From NCBI GenBank assembly GCA_945831585.1, contig CAMACY010000004.1, positions 2,830 to 66,829 of the forward strand: DNA of 64,000 nucleotides. Reading direction: 5' to 3'. The stretch's first letter is position 1, and every line of letters begins with the position of its first letter. A program made the position numbers and the translations under genes. Below are positions 8,410 to 17,903 of the stretch, piece after piece. Source of the stretch: an uncultured bacterium. Its GTDB lineage: Bacteria > Verrucomicrobiota > Verrucomicrobiia > Verrucomicrobiales > Akkermansiaceae. The notes beneath the pieces are model-generated. The model was not told the origin of the DNA. It saw only the letters and a program-made list of their open reading frames with translations, and did not search any database.

Positions 8410-9240
8410 ATGAAAAATACTCTCCTACTCACGGCAGCCGCGAGCGCTACGCTCAGCGCATTTGCCACAGACACACTCACGGCAGAGGTCACCTCCGGCG
8501 GTGATCTGCTGCATGTTTCAGAATACGGCTATTTTTGGAATCTTCAGGACACAACCGGCGTAACCCGCCCTGAGGGAACAGGAAATGCGTGGGCGGGTGT
8601 TCCCAAAAACAGCGGCAGCACATACCAAAGCGAAGGCAGTGTCTACCAAAAACTCACGACGCAGGGCAACACCGACTACAATCTGCGTCTGGGAGGGGAG
8701 AGTGTCGACTTCACGCTCAGCTCTGATGTCTATATCAACCAGCTGAGCACCGTGAGCGGCCTGACCTCCACGATCATCCGATTCGATGGCGGCACCTTAA
8801 CATCCTCCGGCTCCATGGGTTTCGGTTCCTCCACCATTACCTTAGATGTCAGCGCCATCGCCGCCGAGGGCAATATCTTCAGAACAACGCTGCTGAGCTC
8901 GGATCGCATCTTTGGCTTCGGCACCAAGTTCGACAATCTGACGCTCAGCGGCGGCAGCATGGACTATAAGGGTGTTCTGTTCTACAACCGCAACGCAAAA
9001 AAATATTACAACTCGGCGGATATCAGCATCAGCAATGGCTACTACGGCGTCAAGGATGGCGCGACGGCTGTCACCATCGATCAGTCGGCCTGGGGTTCCT
9101 ACCTCGTGGCTGACATCACGGCTAACAGCGGGGCGTCGATCAAGTCGCTGTCGTACCTGACCGTGGTTCCCGAGCCCGCGACCGCGACGCTGAGCCTGCT
9201 GGCGCTGGCCGGTCTGGCGGCGCGCCGCCGTCGTCACTAA
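8410..9240 (+). CDS. PEP-CTERM sorting-domain surface protein 3
   Basis: Signal peptide MKNTLLLTAAASATLSAFA; C-terminus VPEPATATLSLLALAGLAARRRRH. Confidence 0.9.
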   Translation: MKNTLLLTAAASATLSAFATDTLTAEVTSGGDLLHVSEYGYFWNLQDTTGVTRPEGTGNAWAGVPKNSGSTYQSEGSVYQKLTTQGNTDYNLRLGGESVDFTLSSDVYINQLSTVSGLTSTIIRFDGGTLTSSGSMGFGSSTITLDVSAIAAEGNIFRTTLLSSDRIFGFGTKFDNLTLSGGSMDYKGVLFYNRNAKKYYNSADISISNGYYGVKDGATAVTIDQSAWGSYLVADITANSGASIKSLSYLTVVPEPATATLSLLALAGLAARRRRH

Positions 9241-9264
9241 GGATTTTTTTCATTGTCTTTTTCG

Positions 9265-9301
9265 CGCCCGCTCCGCCGCCATGGGGGAGCGGGTGTTTTT
9301 T
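9265..9301 (+). terminator. Rho-independent terminator of PEP-CTERM gene 3
   Basis: cgcccgctcc-loop-ggagcgggtg-tttttt. Confidence 0.75.
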
Positions 9302-9363
9302 CGAGCAGCGGGGCGCCCCTTTAGGCTTGCGGTGCGGGCATGCTTGGTGTACACTGCCAGGGT

Positions 9364-10206
9364 ATGAAAATGTCTCCCTCTCTCCCTCCCGCGCGGGCGC
9401 TGCGGGGTTTTACGCTCATCGAGCTGATGGTGGTCATCGCCATTTTGGCTGCGCTGGTGTCCATCGCCGCACCGACGATTTATTCCCACATGGGTGCCGG
9501 GACGGAGGCCAAGTGCCGCGCCAATCTCGAGCAGCTTGCTCAGCTGGGTGCCAGGTACAGCAGCGATTTGGCCAATCGCGGCACCCTGCCCACCAGCGGC
9601 ATGAGCGATGACGAGGAGACGCCCCATGTCGACGAGAGCGAGGGTTGGTGGCTCATGCTGGCGCCGGAGCTCGACGCCGTGGTGCTGCCGCAGAAGCCGG
9701 GCGCCAAGATGAAGGTCTCCGCCATCTTCCACTGCCCCGCGGACAAGCGCCACCCCATCGACAACGACTCCACCTTTGCCGCCGACACCAAGAGCATCTC
9801 CTACGTCTCGTGGACGGACGGCAGCGAGGATCGCGACAACCCCAACTCCGGCATCAACACCCGCGCCAAGCAGAACCTCGACATGCTGCCCTGGCTCTCC
9901 GACGGGCTGCCCGTCAAGGGCAAGAGTGTCACCACCGCCGCCGATTTCCGCAAGCAGGTGGCGCCCGCCGCCGAGCGCCACGACGGCAAAATTCTTGTGC
10001 TCTACGCCAGCGGCGTGGTCAAGGCGGTCGACTACGACCCGGAGACGGACAAGGCCGACGCTCTCTTCAAGAAACTGGCTCCCGCGCTGGCCAAGAAGGG
10101 CGCCAAGGGCGGCAAGAAGGGCAAGGGCGGCAAGCAGTCCGCCGAGGACGAGGAGGAGGATAGCGCCGCAGACGAGGCGGACGACAGCGGGGACGACGAC
10201 GCATGA
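9364..10206 (+). CDS. Type IV pilin/pseudopilin-like protein with prepilin cleavage motif and H-X9-DG-like C-terminal motif
   Basis: RGFTLIELMVVIAILAAL; late RH-DGKILVLYA-SG; Lys-rich then acidic tail. Promoter TTGCGG-17-TACACT ends 8 nt before the ATG. Confidence 0.85.
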   Translation: MKMSPSLPPARALRGFTLIELMVVIAILAALVSIAAPTIYSHMGAGTEAKCRANLEQLAQLGARYSSDLANRGTLPTSGMSDDEETPHVDESEGWWLMLAPELDAVVLPQKPGAKMKVSAIFHCPADKRHPIDNDSTFAADTKSISYVSWTDGSEDRDNPNSGINTRAKQNLDMLPWLSDGLPVKGKSVTTAADFRKQVAPAAERHDGKILVLYASGVVKAVDYDPETDKADALFKKLAPALAKKGAKGGKKGKGGKQSAEDEEEDSAADEADDSGDDDA

Positions 10207-11219
10207 TGCCCGAAGCACAGCCCTGCCCTCCCTCCCGACCGCTGCCGCTGGCAGCGGTTTGTTTGCCCCACCTGCGCGGCGGGCGCGTGCTGGCGGGGCT
10301 GAGCGGCGGGCGCGATTCCGTCGCGCTGCTGCGGGCGCTGCTGGCGGAGGGCTGCGAGCTCTGCGCCTGCCATGTGCACCACGGTCTGCGCGGCGCGGCG
10401 GCGGATGCCGATGAGCAGTTCTGCCGCGAGCTCTGCGCGCGGCTGGGGCTCCCCCTCGTCGTGCGGCGGGTCGATGTACCCGCGCTGGCGCGGCAGCGGC
10501 GCGAGTCGCTCGAGACGGCGGCGCGCGCGGCGCGGCGGGCGGCGCTGGCGGAGGTCGCGCGCGAGCAGGGCTGCGCCGCCATCGCGCTGGCGCACCATGC
10601 CGATGACCAGGCGGAGACCGTCCTCTTCCGTCTGGCGCGCGGGGCGGCGGGCGCGCGCGGCATGCGCGCCGTGCACCGCGCGCAGGGCGTCCTTTGGCTG
10701 CGCCCCCTGCTGGAATGCCGCCGAGCCGAGCTGACAGCCTGGCTACGCGAGCGCGGACAAGCCTGGGTAGAGGATGCCACCAACGCCCAAGCCTGCGCCG
10801 CGCGCAACCGCCTGCGGCTGGAGGTGCTGCCCGCCCTCAACCGCGCGCTGGGTCGCGACACCGTCCCCATTCTGGCGCGCAGCGCCCGCGTGCAGGAGGA
10901 GACGCAGGAGGCCCTGCAGGAAGCCCTCGCCCGCCTGCCGCTCACCGACCCGCAGGGGCGGCTTTACCTGCCCGCCCTGCGCGGCGCAGGCGCTGCCTTG
11001 GTTCGCGCCGCCCTGCACCGCTACCTCAGCCTCGGCGGCGTGCCCGACATCAGCAGCAAACTCATCGACGACATCACCGCCATCCTCCCCGCCGACGCCC
11101 CGGTCGCGCGCGTCAACCTGCCCGGCGGCGGACAGGTCGCGCGGCGGCAGGGGCGGCTGGTGCTGCTCAGCCCCGCGGGCGAGCCCCGAGCGGTCATCTG
11201 GCAACATATTGCTTCATGA
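10203..11219 (+). CDS. tilS: tRNA(Ile)-lysidine synthase
   Basis: PP-loop LSGGRDSVAL, HVHHGLRG, HHADDQAETVL, RNRLRLEVLP. Confidence 0.9.
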   Translation: MMPEAQPCPPSRPLPLAAVCLPHLRGGRVLAGLSGGRDSVALLRALLAEGCELCACHVHHGLRGAAADADEQFCRELCARLGLPLVVRRVDVPALARQRRESLETAARAARRAALAEVAREQGCAAIALAHHADDQAETVLFRLARGAAGARGMRAVHRAQGVLWLRPLLECRRAELTAWLRERGQAWVEDATNAQACAARNRLRLEVLPALNRALGRDTVPILARSARVQEETQEALQEALARLPLTDPQGRLYLPALRGAGAALVRAALHRYLSLGGVPDISSKLIDDITAILPADAPVARVNLPGGGQVARRQGRLVLLSPAGEPRAVIWQHIAS

Positions 11220-11313
11220 CAGTTTTTAGGGCTTGCATTCGGGGGCGGAAGTGCTAGGCTTGCACTCAAACATCCGAACATCGGATGTTTGACTCTTCAA
11301 CCCCATATCAATC

Positions 11314-12294
11314 ATGGATATTCTGCACGATAAGGACGCCGACATGAGCGTTCTCAATGGCAAGACGGTGGCCGTCATCGGCTATGGTGCTCAAGGTCGC
11401 GCCCAGGCGCTCTGCATGCGCGACAGCGGTGTGCATGTCATCATCGGCATTCGCCCCGGCAAGAGTTGGGATGCCGCTGCTCAGGACGGCTTCGAGGTCA
11501 TGAGCGTGGACGAGGCGGCCGCCAAGGCCGACATCATCCACCTGCTGCTGCCCGATGAGAAGCACGGCGAGGTGTACGAGAAGCAAATCAAGCCGCACCT
11601 GGCGGCGGGCAAGGCGCTGTGCTGCTCGCACGGCTTTGCCTATGTGTTCAAGACCATCGTGCCCCCGGCGGATGTGGATGTCATCATGGTGGCGCCCAAG
11701 GGCCCCGGCACGGAGGTGCGCCGTGTGTTCGAGGAGGGCTTCGGTTGCCCCGGGCTCATCGGCGTGTTCCAGAACCCCACGGGCAAGGCGCGCGATCTGG
11801 CGCTGGCCATTGCCAAGGCCGAGGGGCTGACCCGCGGCGGTGTGCTGGAGTGCACGCTGGCGCAGGAGACCTACGAAGACCTCTTCGGCGAGCAGAACGT
11901 GCTCTGCGGCGGTCTGGTGGATCTCATGAAGTACGGCTTCGAGACGCTCATCGAGGCGGGCTACCCGCACGAGATGGCCTACTTTGAGTGCGTGCACGAG
12001 GCCAAGCTCATCGTCGACCTTATCTACAACGGCGGCATTCAGCGCATGAACGCCGTCATCTCCAACACCGCCGAGTTCGGCGAGTACTACAACGGACCGC
12101 AGATTCTCGGGCCGGAGGTCAAGGCCAAGATGAAGGAATCCCTGCAGCGCATCGAGAGCGGCAAGTTTGCTCAGGACTGGCTGGCGGAGGCCGCCGCCGG
12201 GGCTCCCAACCTGCTGGCCAAGCGCGCGGCGCTGGCGGAGCACCCCGTCGAAATCGTCGGCAAGAAGATTCGCTCGCTCTTCGAGCGCAAGTAA
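11314..12294 (+). CDS. ilvC: Ketol-acid reductoisomerase (class I)
   Basis: VIGYGAQGRAQAL, MVAPKGPG, ETYEDLFGEQNVLCGG, ISNTAEFG. Confidence 0.96.
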   Translation: MDILHDKDADMSVLNGKTVAVIGYGAQGRAQALCMRDSGVHVIIGIRPGKSWDAAAQDGFEVMSVDEAAAKADIIHLLLPDEKHGEVYEKQIKPHLAAGKALCCSHGFAYVFKTIVPPADVDVIMVAPKGPGTEVRRVFEEGFGCPGLIGVFQNPTGKARDLALAIAKAEGLTRGGVLECTLAQETYEDLFGEQNVLCGGLVDLMKYGFETLIEAGYPHEMAYFECVHEAKLIVDLIYNGGIQRMNAVISNTAEFGEYYNGPQILGPEVKAKMKESLQRIESGKFAQDWLAEAAAGAPNLLAKRAALAEHPVEIVGKKIRSLFERK

Positions 12295-12366
12295 GCTTCC
12301 CGCAATGTCGGGGTGCGGTCGTCGCGCACGGCCGCACCCCCTTTTCCCTCCTTGCAACAGCAGACG

Positions 12367-13155
12367 ATGGAAGCGGCCATCCACGTTGAGAACGCGCGCG
12401 TGTACCTCTCCGGGCGCGAGATTCTGCACGGCATCAACTGGACCGTGGCGCCGGGCGAGCGCTGCTTCATCCTCGGCGCCAACGGCGCGGGGAAGACCAC
12501 GCTGGTGCGCATGCTCATGGGCTATGCCTGGCCGCTCTTCGGCGCGACGGTCGAGGTGCTGGGCAAGCGCTTCGGCAGCGTCAACCTGCAGGAGCTCCGC
12601 AAGCGCATTGCCTGGGTGAGCCCGCTGATGCACCAGTGGCTCGGCGACCGTGAATGGACGGGGCGCGAGATGGTGCTCAGCGGTCCCGATGCGACCATCG
12701 GGCTTTTCCGCGAGCCGACGCCCGAGGAGGAGGCGCGCGCCGCCGCGCTGATGGCGAGCCTGCGCGCCACGGCGCTCATGGAGCGCAAGGTGGTCACCAT
12801 GAGCAGCGGCGAGCAGGTGAAGGTGCTCATTGCCCGCGCCCTCATGACGAACCCGGACTTGATGATTCTCGACGAGCCCAGCGTGTTTTTGGACATCGCG
12901 GGGCGCGAGTTTCTGCTCAACACGATTGCGGAGTTAGCTGCCGCTCGCCCCGAGCTCACGCTCATCTTCATCACCCAGCGCATCGAGGATATTCTGCCGG
13001 AGTTTTCGCGCGGGCTGATTCTGCGCGAGGGGCGGATTCTGGCGCAGGGGGCGCGCGAGGAGGTGCTCACCGAGCCCCACCTGCGCGCGGCCTTTGACCT
13101 GCCCATCCGCCTCATCGCGGGGCGCAAGGGGCGCCTGTGGACCGTCATCGACTGA
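12367..13155 (+). CDS. ABC ATP-binding protein (ModF-like, standalone)
   Basis: GANGAGKT, MSSGE signature variant, MILDEP; no cognate permease adjacent. Confidence 0.8.
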   Translation: MEAAIHVENARVYLSGREILHGINWTVAPGERCFILGANGAGKTTLVRMLMGYAWPLFGATVEVLGKRFGSVNLQELRKRIAWVSPLMHQWLGDREWTGREMVLSGPDATIGLFREPTPEEEARAAALMASLRATALMERKVVTMSSGEQVKVLIARALMTNPDLMILDEPSVFLDIAGREFLLNTIAELAAARPELTLIFITQRIEDILPEFSRGLILREGRILAQGAREEVLTEPHLRAAFDLPIRLIAGRKGRLWTVID

Positions 13156-13162
13156 GCCTGCC

Positions 13163-13852
13163 ATGCCCCCCGTCCGCCGTCCCGTCCGACAATCGCTTGC
13201 CAAGCAGGTGCGCGAGAGCATGGAAACGCTCATCCGCGAGGGCGAGTGGGTCGTGGGCGAGCGCATCCCCGCCGAGAACAGCCTCACCGAGCTCTTCGGC
13301 GTGAGCCACAACACCGTGCGCGAGGCCGTGCAGGGGCTCATCCACGCCGGGCTGCTGGTCGCCCGCCCCGGGGACGGCACCTATGTCACCGCCACCGACC
13401 GCTTGGATGCCGCGCTGGACGACCGCCTGCACCGCGCCGACACCGCGCGCATTCTCGAAGCGCGACTCGCTGTTGAGCAGGCGGTGACGGCGCTCGCCGC
13501 CCGCAACCGCACGCCCGACGACCTCGCCGCCATGCGCGCGGCGCTTGCCACCTGCAAGACGCGCCGCGGGCGCGGCATCGAGGACGACATGGCTTTCCAC
13601 GCCTGCGTGGCGGACGCCACGCACAACCCCATCCTCAGCCAAATCTACCGCGTACTGGCGGGCTATCTCTCGCGCCACTTCACGGCGGCGCTCAGCGAGC
13701 GCCAGTACGACCCCGCCGCCCTCGCGCTGCACGATGAGCTGCTCGCCGCGCTCGAAGCGGGCGATGCCGCCGCCGCGACCCGGGCCGTGGCACAGATTGT
13801 GGCGTTCGACACGGAGAACATCCGCGAGACACCGCAAGCGCACCGCGCCTGA
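13163..13852 (+). CDS. GntR/FadR-family transcriptional regulator
   Basis: RIPAENSLTELFGVSHNTVREA...GDGTYV winged HTH plus FCD domain (DMAFH...HNPIL). Confidence 0.9.
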   Translation: MPPVRRPVRQSLAKQVRESMETLIREGEWVVGERIPAENSLTELFGVSHNTVREAVQGLIHAGLLVARPGDGTYVTATDRLDAALDDRLHRADTARILEARLAVEQAVTALAARNRTPDDLAAMRAALATCKTRRGRGIEDDMAFHACVADATHNPILSQIYRVLAGYLSRHFTAALSERQYDPAALALHDELLAALEAGDAAAATRAVAQIVAFDTENIRETPQAHRA

Positions 13853-13914
13853 TGCCGCGCGCGACACACAATGCGCTTGCCATGCGGCGGCATCGGGGTA
13901 TCATTTCCGCCGCC

Positions 13915-15087
13915 ATGAGCGATGTTGTGAATGCCAAGACGCTCTCCCTGTGCTGCCTGACGCTGGCGGCGGGTCTTTCGGAATGCGCCATGATGGCGAT
14001 CCTGCCCGAGACGGCGACCGGGCTGGGTGTCTCCCTGTCCCAAGCGGGGCAGTACATTTCGGCGTACGCGCTGGGGGTCTGCGTGGGGGCTCCGCTGTTG
14101 GCGCTCTGCCTCACGCAGTGGCCACCCAAGCGCATTTTGCTGCTGCTCGCGCTGATTGTGTTCGCGGGCAACAGCTGCACGGGGCTTAGCCCCAACCACG
14201 CAACGATGGTGGCGCTGCGCTTTGTCTCGGGGCTGCCGCACGGCGCGGTGTTCGGTATGGCGACCATCGTGGCGGAGCGCATTGCTGTGCCGGGCAAGGT
14301 TTCGGGTACGGTGGCGGTCGCGATTCAGGGTATCTGCGTTTCCAATGTGTTTTGCGTGCCGCTCTGCGCTCTTCTTGCGCAGGGTGTCGGCTGGTCCAGC
14401 GCGTTTTTGTTCATCGGTTCCTGGGGGCTGCTGTCGCTGCTGCTCATCGCGCGTTTCATTCCCCGGCTGCCGTCCGGGCGGGCGCGGCACGGCGCCGGCA
14501 TGTTTCTCTTCCTGCGCCGCCCCATGCCTTGGCTCTTGCTTGCGCTCACGCTGCTGACGAACAACGGGTATTTTTGCTTTTACAGTTATGTGAAGCCTTA
14601 CCTCACGGAGGCGGTGGGGCTGCCGTCGGCGGCGGTGGCTCCGGTGCTGCTGCTCGGCGGAGTGGGGATGTGCGTGGGTACGTGGCTGAGCGGGCGCTGC
14701 GCCGACCGCTACAGCCCGGAGCGCACAGGCTTGGGGATGCTGGTGCTTATTTTTCTGTGTTTGGTGGCGGCGTTTGCGCTGCCGCAATGCGGTGGGCTTG
14801 CGATCGGCGCGGTGGCGCTCATGTCGCTGGGGGTGTTCGGGGTGGCGCTTTGCTGGCAGGTGCTGATTCTGCGCTATGCGCGCGGGTCGGAGCTGCTGGG
14901 GGCGGCGTCTATCCAGATGGCGTTCAACGGAGGCAATGCGCTGGGGGCGTACTTGGGCGGACTGCCGCTGGATATGGGGCTGGGGGTGGAGTTCACGGCG
15001 CTGCCGGGCATTTTATCGCTGCTGCCGGTGTTCCCGCTGCTGGTGCTCATGCGACGCGCTACGGCGGGTCGCCGCGCGAAGCGCTGA
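13915..15087 (+). CDS. MFS transporter (AraJ/DHA1-like)
   Basis: About 12 TM segments, 'RFVSGLPHGAVFG' and 'FNGGNALGAYLGG'. Promoter TTGCCA-17-TATCAT ends 10 nt before the ATG. Confidence 0.85.
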   Translation: MSDVVNAKTLSLCCLTLAAGLSECAMMAILPETATGLGVSLSQAGQYISAYALGVCVGAPLLALCLTQWPPKRILLLLALIVFAGNSCTGLSPNHATMVALRFVSGLPHGAVFGMATIVAERIAVPGKVSGTVAVAIQGICVSNVFCVPLCALLAQGVGWSSAFLFIGSWGLLSLLLIARFIPRLPSGRARHGAGMFLFLRRPMPWLLLALTLLTNNGYFCFYSYVKPYLTEAVGLPSAAVAPVLLLGGVGMCVGTWLSGRCADRYSPERTGLGMLVLIFLCLVAAFALPQCGGLAIGAVALMSLGVFGVALCWQVLILRYARGSELLGAASIQMAFNGGNALGAYLGGLPLDMGLGVEFTALPGILSLLPVFPLLVLMRRATAGRRAKR

Positions 15088-15133
15088 CGCATTGAGCTTG
15101 CCACTCGCAGGCGCAGAGGGTATGATAAGAGCC

Positions 15134-15622
15134 ATGCAAGCGAGCCTCATCATCGATTTGGAGGATTTTCCCGAGGAAGGTCGGCGCCTGTGCGGCGAGC
15201 TGGACGGCGCGCTGCTCGATGTGGACAGCGAGGCGCTGCAAAGCACCGGTCCCATTGCCTACGAACTCACCGCGCAGCTCTTCGACACCGAACTGGTGCT
15301 GCAAGGGCGGCTGCGCGCGCCCTTCCGCCTGCGCTGCGACCGCTGTCTCGGCATGTTCGACTACACCGTAGAGACCGAGCCGCTCGCCCTCTCGTACGAC
15401 ACCAAGGGAAAGACCGCCGTCAACGCCACGGAGGATCTGCGCGAGGAGCTGATTTTGGCGCTGCCCGCCTACCCCAAATGCGAGCTGGCGGGGCGGGAAT
15501 GCAAAATAAATGACATTTTGGGTGATTTTAGGCTGGACAAAGACCCCCGAGCAGGTGTAGACTCTGCCACCCCGAGTGGCAATAGCGTGTGGGATGCTCT
15601 GGATCAGCTCCCCGAAGAGTGA
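15134..15622 (+). CDS. yceD: YceD/DUF177 family protein
   Basis: CDRCL metal motif, 'DLREELILALPAYPKC', position directly upstream of rpmF-plsX. Confidence 0.8.
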   Translation: MQASLIIDLEDFPEEGRRLCGELDGALLDVDSEALQSTGPIAYELTAQLFDTELVLQGRLRAPFRLRCDRCLGMFDYTVETEPLALSYDTKGKTAVNATEDLREELILALPAYPKCELAGRECKINDILGDFRLDKDPRAGVDSATPSGNSVWDALDQLPEE

Positions 15623-15663
15623 GTGTCACATCGGCGTCAATCGTCTTAACCAGATAGAACATT

Positions 15664-15855
15664 ATGGCAGCTCCCAAACGCAGAACATCCAAGATGAAGC
15701 AGCGCTCCCGCCTGGCCGCTCAGGCGTGGAAGGCGCCCCAACTCGGCAAATGCCCCAAGTGCGGCGCAGCCGTTCCCGGTCACACCGCCTGCCCCCAGTG
15801 CGGCACCTACAAGACCCAAAGCGGCGCCGAGGTCATCGTCAAGCTGGCGGACTGA
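15664..15855 (+). CDS. rpmF: 50S ribosomal protein L32
   Basis: [21 protein letters not shown]...[10 protein letters not shown]. Confidence 0.95.
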   Translation: MAAPKRRTSKMKQRSRLAAQAWKAPQLGKCPKCGAAVPGHTACPQCGTYKTQSGAEVIVKLAD

Positions 15856-16004
15856 GGTTTCTACAGCTCGTCCCGAAGCCCGCTCGAAGGCTTTTTCCTG
15901 TTTTTTTCAGCCGCCTGCACACTGTGTAGGCGGTTTTCTTTTGACAGGCTATTCCCCGACATGCTAGACTGTCCTCAAACCATTTTACCGCATCTCTCTC
16001 ATCT

Positions 16005-17054
16005 ATGAAGCTCGCGCTGGACGCCATGGGCGGCGATAACGCCCCGCAAATCAACATCGATGGTGCCAAACTCGCTCTGCAAGAGGTCAAAGGTCTGGAG
16101 ACCATTTACCTGGTGGGGCGCGAGGAGGAGCTGCGCCCGCTCTGTGCGGCGGCAGGTATCCTCGACAACCCGCGGGTGGAGCTGGTACACGCCTCCGAGG
16201 TGGTGGGCATGGGCGAGAGCGGCAAAGCCGTGCGGCAGAAGAAGGACTCCTCCATGTGCCGCGCCGTGGAGCTGGTGCGCCGGGGGCAGGCCGATGCCGT
16301 GCTCTCCGCGGGCAACACCGGGGCCGCCGTCACCGCCAGCACCCTCCTGCTGGGGCGTTTGCCGGGGGTGAAGTTCCCGGGCATCGTCTCCCCCCTGCCC
16401 AGCGTGCATGGTCATGTGCTGCTGACGGACACGGGCGCCAACCCCGATGCCGAGCCCAAGAATCTGGTCGTCTACGGCATCTTCGCCGCCATGATGGCGC
16501 GCTACATCTACAACCGCCCCGCGCCCAAGGTGGGTGTCATGAGCAACGGCACGGAGGAGGGCAAGGGCTGCGCCAAATCCAAGGAAACCTTCAAGCTCAT
16601 GAGCGCGCTGGCGGCCAAGGGCATCCTGCCCTTTGAGTTCATCGGCAACTGTGAGGGGCACGACATCTTTGAAACCGAGCTCGACGCCGCCGTCATGGAC
16701 GGCTTCACGGGCAACATCCTCCTCAAAACCGCGGAAGCCACCGTCAAGGCCTTCACGCACTGGATGAAGGCCGGCATCAAGAGCAGCGTCCCGGCTATGG
16801 CGGGCGCCCTGCTCATGAAGGGCGTCTTCAGCCGGCTCAACGCGCGCCTCAACCCCGATAAAATCGGCGGCAGCACGCTCATGGGCGTCAACGGCGTCTC
16901 CATCATCGCGCACGGCAGCGCCAACGGCGAGGCCATCCTCAACGCCATCCGCATGGCCGAGGCTATGTGCCGCCACAGCGTCAACGACAAAATCATCGCC
17001 GCGCTGGAGAGGGTCAACCCCGCCATCGCCGAGCTGGAATCCGAGCAGAGCTGA
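16005..17054 (+). CDS. plsX: Phosphate acyltransferase
   Basis: LALDAMGGDNAP, KKDSSM, SAGNTGA, DTGAN, IAHGS. Confidence 0.95.
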   Translation: MKLALDAMGGDNAPQINIDGAKLALQEVKGLETIYLVGREEELRPLCAAAGILDNPRVELVHASEVVGMGESGKAVRQKKDSSMCRAVELVRRGQADAVLSAGNTGAAVTASTLLLGRLPGVKFPGIVSPLPSVHGHVLLTDTGANPDAEPKNLVVYGIFAAMMARYIYNRPAPKVGVMSNGTEEGKGCAKSKETFKLMSALAAKGILPFEFIGNCEGHDIFETELDAAVMDGFTGNILLKTAEATVKAFTHWMKAGIKSSVPAMAGALLMKGVFSRLNARLNPDKIGGSTLMGVNGVSIIAHGSANGEAILNAIRMAEAMCRHSVNDKIIAALERVNPAIAELESEQS

Positions 17055-17129
17055 CGCGCGGTTTCCGGCTTGACATCCGCGCACACGCGCGTATACTCCC
17101 TGCGGGGAGGTATCACCCCCGTTTGCAAT

Positions 17130-17834
17130 ATGGAACCGATCTACGAAGGCAAAGCCAAGAGACTGTACACGACCGACGACCCGAACGTGCTGCGCATGGA
17201 GTACAAGGACTCCGCCACGGCGTTCAACGGCGAGAAGAAGGAGGACTTTGAAAACAAAGGTCGCTTCAACAAGGCCATCACCCTCATCATCTACAGGATG
17301 CTGGAGGAGAAGGGCGTCAAAACTCACTTGGTGCAGGATGTGGATGACATCAACCTGCTGGTCAACAAGGTTTCCATCATGCCGCTGGAGGTGATTGTGC
17401 GCAATGTGGCGGCGGGCTCGTTCTCCAAGCGCATGGGCGTGACCGAGGGCACCGCCTTCAAGAAGCCCATTGTCGAGTTCTCCTACAAGGACGATGCGCT
17501 GGGCGACCCCTTCATCAACGATGACTACGCCCGCGAGATGGGCGCCGCCACCGAGGAGGAGATGGCCTACATCAAGCAGCAGGTGCTCACCATCAACGAG
17601 GTGCTCAAGGAGTTCTTCCTCAAGGCTAAGCTGCGCCTCATCGATTTCAAGGTCGAGTTCGGCCGCCTCTCCACCGACCCGAGCCAAATCGTGCTCGCGG
17701 ATGAGATTTCCCCCGACACCTGCCGCCTGTGGGATGTCGAGACGGGCAAGAAGATGGACAAGGATCGTTTCCGCCGCGGTTTGGGTGGCTTCATGGAAGC
17801 CTATGCCGAGGTGCTGGAGCGCCTCTCCAAGTAA
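17130..17834 (+). CDS. purC: SAICAR synthase
   Basis: IYEGKAKRLY, YKDSATAFNG, PLEVIVRNVAAGS, LADEISPDTCRLWD, DKDRFR. Confidence 0.96.
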   Translation: MEPIYEGKAKRLYTTDDPNVLRMEYKDSATAFNGEKKEDFENKGRFNKAITLIIYRMLEEKGVKTHLVQDVDDINLLVNKVSIMPLEVIVRNVAAGSFSKRMGVTEGTAFKKPIVEFSYKDDALGDPFINDDYAREMGAATEEEMAYIKQQVLTINEVLKEFFLKAKLRLIDFKVEFGRLSTDPSQIVLADEISPDTCRLWDVETGKKMDKDRFRRGLGGFMEAYAEVLERLSK

Positions 17835-17903
17835 CACCGCCTTTCTTCCGGCCGCTGCGGGCTCGCCCGCAGTGGCTTTTTCACCCTCCCCCACCACGAC
17901 ACC

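Noticed and set aside
7872-9301. CRISPR array or IS ends from the repeated 80-bp sequence
   Set aside because: The repeats are coding PEP-CTERM anchors plus terminators; there is no spacer periodicity, cas gene or transposase.
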